Assembly: GCA_005881575.1 (NCBI GenBank)
Contig: VBCA01000001.1
Coordinates: 85,611-149,610 of the forward strand
Reading direction: 5' to 3'
DNA length: 64,000 bases
Origin: Betaproteobacteria bacterium
Lineage (GTDB): Bacteria > Pseudomonadota > Gammaproteobacteria > Burkholderiales > SG8-39
A program made the translations under genes and the position numbers. Below, piece by piece: positions 61,281 through 64,000 of this stretch (positions are counted from its first letter, which is position 1; the number at the start of each line of letters is the position of its first letter). The notes beneath the pieces were generated by a model, which was not told the DNA's origin, searched no databases, and saw only the letters and a program-made list of their open reading frames with translations.

Positions 61281-62381
61281 TCAGATCCTGGGCAGCTCCA
61301 GCTGCCCGGCAAGCCAGTCGGCCGTCCGGCTCCGATAGCGATAAGGACGGTTGTTGGCATTGTGCCCGCCGTCCTCGACGATCAGCAACTCCACCGGCCC
61401 CGAGACACTTTCCGCCAGGCGCTCCGCGTGCGAGGCGGGCACGAGCCGGTCCTCGCGACCGGTGACGATGAAGATCGGGCAGGCGATTTTCGCCGCCGCC
61501 TCTTTCATCGACAGGGTCGCGGCGTTCTTCAGCGCGTCGGCTTCGCTTGCACAATGGCTGCGCGCGCGGAACGCCTCGCGCGTCAGCGCCGGCAGCGCGC
61601 CCCAGATTTCCTTCCACTCGAACGGCCCGGAGAGCGCGATGCAGGCCTTGATGCGTTTTTCGTAGGCGGTCGCGCGCGGCGCGTAGTAACCACCGAGGCT
61701 CACGCCCCACATGGCGATCTTCGCCGCGTCGAGATCGGCGCGCTTCTCGACCCAATCGCACACCGCGCGCGCGGCGCGCTCGTAGTCGCCGCAAATCGGG
61801 ATCTCGTACTCCGCCTCGCCCTGCCCGGGTCCGTCGATCGCCAGGATCGCGACGCCGCGCGCGAGGAAAGGCTCCGCGTAGGCGTGAAGCTCTTCCTTGG
61901 TGGAATCCAGTCCGGGCGCCATGATCAATACCGGCGAGCGTCCCGTTGCGCCCACCGGTCGCCGCAAGATTCCGTAAAGGGTTTTTCCCTCGAACGGTAT
62001 CGAAACGCGCTCGCCCGTCGGGCGCATGAGCGGAAGCGCCAATTGGTAGCATTCGACCGAGCGTAGGTGCGCGTCTCGCATCTGCTTCTGATCGTGCACG
62101 AAAACGAACTTGGCGAAGTGGTAGTACATCGCCGCCCGCACCAGGTGCTCGCCGGCCGTGAGCTTGTAGCCTTGGGCGAGCGCCTCGCGCCCGAGCGCCT
62201 CGTGGACCTTGCCGCGCTCGCACCAGGCGCGGCACCAGTCCTCCCAGCGCTCGATGCCGGCGGTGACCTCCTCGAAATCGGCGAGCAGAACGCCGTTCGA
62301 CACGAAGCGCGGCGCCCAATGCGCGATCGCCGTCGCGACGCGCGGGTCGATGGATCTTGTCTTGGCTGCGACTTCGGGCAT
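61281..62381 (-). CDS. Alpha/beta hydrolase with a helical N-terminal region of about 130 aa
   Basis: 366 aa. Nucleophile elbow GVSLGG, Asp in GREDRLVP, His in DGGHNA. Confidence 0.8.
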   Translation of the reverse strand: MPEVAAKTRSIDPRVATAIAHWAPRFVSNGVLLADFEEVTAGIERWEDWCRAWCERGKVHEALGREALAQGYKLTAGEHLVRAAMYYHFAKFVFVHDQKQMRDAHLRSVECYQLALPLMRPTGERVSIPFEGKTLYGILRRPVGATGRSPVLIMAPGLDSTKEELHAYAEPFLARGVAILAIDGPGQGEAEYEIPICGDYERAARAVCDWVEKRADLDAAKIAMWGVSLGGYYAPRATAYEKRIKACIALSGPFEWKEIWGALPALTREAFRARSHCASEADALKNAATLSMKEAAAKIACPIFIVTGREDRLVPASHAERLAESVSGPVELLIVEDGGHNANNRPYRYRSRTADWLAGQLELPRI

Positions 62382-62610
62382 GAACGATCGGCTATTCCAG
62401 CCTCTGTCAGGTCACTGACAGCATCGAAAAACGCTCTCCGCCCCTGGCATTGGTCTTGCTATCTGTATGGGCGAGGTCCCTGACCTGAGTGCTTGACCGG
62501 CAGCGGGGTGTAGCTTGGCAGGTGTCCGTCACAACTGACGCTTCCGCGACGCCGGCAAGAGCGAGGACAGGGGATGGTTCGATAACCGCAGCAGTACCAG
62601 GAGAAAAGCT

Positions 62611-62826
62611 ATGCGTGCTCTGAGGATCGTGTTTGCAAGTGCAGCCTTCTTGACCGTTTCCGCCTTCGCGGCCGACACGCAGGTGCAGCCGTCGGCGCAA
62701 CGGACGACGCCGAATATCGTCGTGGCGTCCGCGGAGAAGCATGTCAAGCAGGCGCCCCGCGTCGCTAAGACCGAAGCCCCGGTGCGCGTGTGGACCCTCG
62801 AGATGGCCTGCTGCGAGGCGCAGTAG
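62611..62826 (+). CDS. Small secreted protein with a C-terminal twin-Cys motif (hypothetical)
   Basis: 71 aa. AGGAGA ribosome-binding site 7 nt upstream of the ATG. Signal peptide MRALRIVFASAAFLTVSAFA|AD. Third-position GC is high, like the surrounding genes. Ends ...WTLEMACCEAQ. Confidence 0.5.
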   Translation: MRALRIVFASAAFLTVSAFAADTQVQPSAQRTTPNIVVASAEKHVKQAPRVAKTEAPVRVWTLEMACCEAQ

Positions 62827-62884
62827 GACGTCCTGGCGCCCTTCCGTCGAGAAGTTGATCATCGATTCGTCCGCCGCTGCGAAC

Positions 62885-63544
62885 TCAAGCGGCGGCCCGG
62901 GCGGCGGAGGGCGATAGGGGCACTCCGCTCAGCCGCTGCAGCTCCTCGCAGGCGAGTCCTGGCACCAGGCGGCTCGCCACGAGGCCGCCCGGCGTGACGT
63001 CGATGACCGCGAGATCGGTATAGATGCGCTTGACCACAGCGATGCCGGTAAGCGGATAGGTGCAGCGCTCGACGATTTTCGATTCGCCGCCCTTGGTGAG
63101 CTGCTCCATCATCACCCAGACGCTCTTCGCACCGACCGCAAGGTCCATCGCACCCCCCACTGCCGGAATTGCGTCGCCGCCGGTGTGCCAGTTGGCGAGG
63201 TCGCCGGAGACGGATACCTGAAAGGCGCCCAGCACGGCGATGTCGAGGTGCCCGCCGCGCATCATCGCGAAGGAATCGGTGTGGTGGAAGTACGCGCCGC
63301 CCGTCAGCAAGGTCACGGGCTCTTTTCCGGCATTGATCAGATCCAGGTCCTCCAGCCCCGGCGCGGGCGCCGGCCCCATTCCCAGGATGCCGTTTTCGCT
63401 GTGCAGGATGATCTCGCGGTCCTTCGGCAGATGGTTTCCGACCAGGGTCGGCATGCCGATCCCCAGATTGACGTAGGCGCCTTCGGGGATGTCGCGCGCG
63501 ATACGCGCGGCGATCTGGTCGCGCGTTAGCTTCACGTAGCTCAT
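62885..63544 (-). CDS. 3-oxoacid (3-oxoadipate/succinyl-CoA) CoA-transferase subunit B
   Basis: 219 aa. VNLGIGMPTLV and the SENG motif (LHSENGILGMG). Confidence 0.9.
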   Translation of the reverse strand: MSYVKLTRDQIAARIARDIPEGAYVNLGIGMPTLVGNHLPKDREIILHSENGILGMGPAPAPGLEDLDLINAGKEPVTLLTGGAYFHHTDSFAMMRGGHLDIAVLGAFQVSVSGDLANWHTGGDAIPAVGGAMDLAVGAKSVWVMMEQLTKGGESKIVERCTYPLTGIAVVKRIYTDLAVIDVTPGGLVASRLVPGLACEELQRLSGVPLSPSAARAAA

Positions 63545-64000
63545 GCCGCCTGCTCCCGAACCTGCGCGGCTTGTTTCTTCCGCGGCACCTTCACCACGCG
63601 CGTGACGAAAATACCCGGGGTCACGACGTGCTCGGGATCGAGCGCGCCGAGCTCGACGGTCTCATAGACCTGGGCGATGGTGCACTTCGCCGCGCTCGCC
63701 ATGGTCGGCCCGAAGTTGCGCGCGCTTTTCCTGTAGACGAGATTTCCCCAGCGGTCGCCGCGCTCCGCCTTGACGAGCGCCACGTCGCCGCGGATCGGGT
63801 ATTCGAGCACGTGGCCCTTGCCGTCGATCATCCGCGTTTCCTTGCCTTTCCCGAGATCCGTGCCGTAGCCGGTGGGCGTGTAGAAGGCGCCGATCCCGGC
63901 GCCCGCGGCGCGCATGCGCTCCGAGAGCGTCCCCTGCGGCACGAGGTCGAGCTCGATTTTCCCGGCGCGATAGAGGGCATCGAACACGTAGGAATCGGCC
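63541..64000 (-). CDS. 3-oxoacid CoA-transferase subunit A, 5'-truncated by the window edge
   Basis: ...LDLVPQGTLSERMRAAGAGIGAFYTPTGYGT... The reading frame stays open to the window end. ATGA overlap with subunit B. Confidence 0.85.
   Translation of the reverse strand, partial: ADSYVFDALYRAGKIELDLVPQGTLSERMRAAGAGIGAFYTPTGYGTDLGKGKETRMIDGKGHVLEYPIRGDVALVKAERGDRWGNLVYRKSARNFGPTMASAAKCTIAQVYETVELGALDPEHVVTPGIFVTRVVKVPRKKQAAQVREQAA

Noticed and set aside
62570-62592. tRNA-like T-loop string ggttcgataacc
   Set aside because: It has no complementary T-stem, acceptor stem or anticodon arm around it. It is an isolated match inside the promoter/5' region of the small-peptide gene.

Overview
High-GC chromosomal segment (about two-thirds G+C by eye) with the core gene order typical of Betaproteobacteria, Burkholderiales- or Rhodocyclales-like. 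No rRNA, tRNA, CRISPR array, transposase or integrase is visible. Left to right the window holds: a VIT-family transporter, recX-recA with a candidate SOS box, and a 2OG oxygenase overlapping waaC. A minus-strand chain of tightly coupled genes follows: ribBA-ribH-nusB-thiL-pgpA-pncC-methyltransferase-AmmeMemoRadiSam. Next come rplS-trmD-rimM-rpsP, a lipocalin-like protein plus phoD, ffh / ypjD / CorC-type transporter, and pilC-pilD-coaE-zapD-yacG. These are followed by a Nudix-ThiE fusion, a DUF815 ATPase, argJ, secA, an M23 peptidase and a DUF721 protein. A complete dcw cluster, mraZ through ftsZ plus lpxC, spans 31560..50182. The right 13 kb is the accessory-looking part. It begins with an orphan 180-aa protein divergent from an NYN-LOTUS protein. 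An 11-gene co-directional catabolic array then runs from 51950 to 62381: thiolase, SDR, AhpD-like, two Bug/TctC binding proteins, HIBADH-like reductase, TPP E1 alpha/beta with a stand-alone lipoyl carrier, an atypical M24 enzyme and an alpha/beta hydrolase. A small secreted twin-Cys peptide gene and scoB/scoA (pcaJ/pcaI-like) close the window. The best candidates for undescribed biology are: (1) the AmmeMemoRadiSam module with a fused Memo-AMMECR1 protein, (2) the E1/lipoyl-carrier/M24(Asp->Cys) array, which has no E2 core or E3, (3) the orphan / NYN-LOTUS pair next to the dcw promoter. Most long ORFs in the supplied track that overlap these genes on the opposite strand or in other frames look like GC-rich shadow ORFs.
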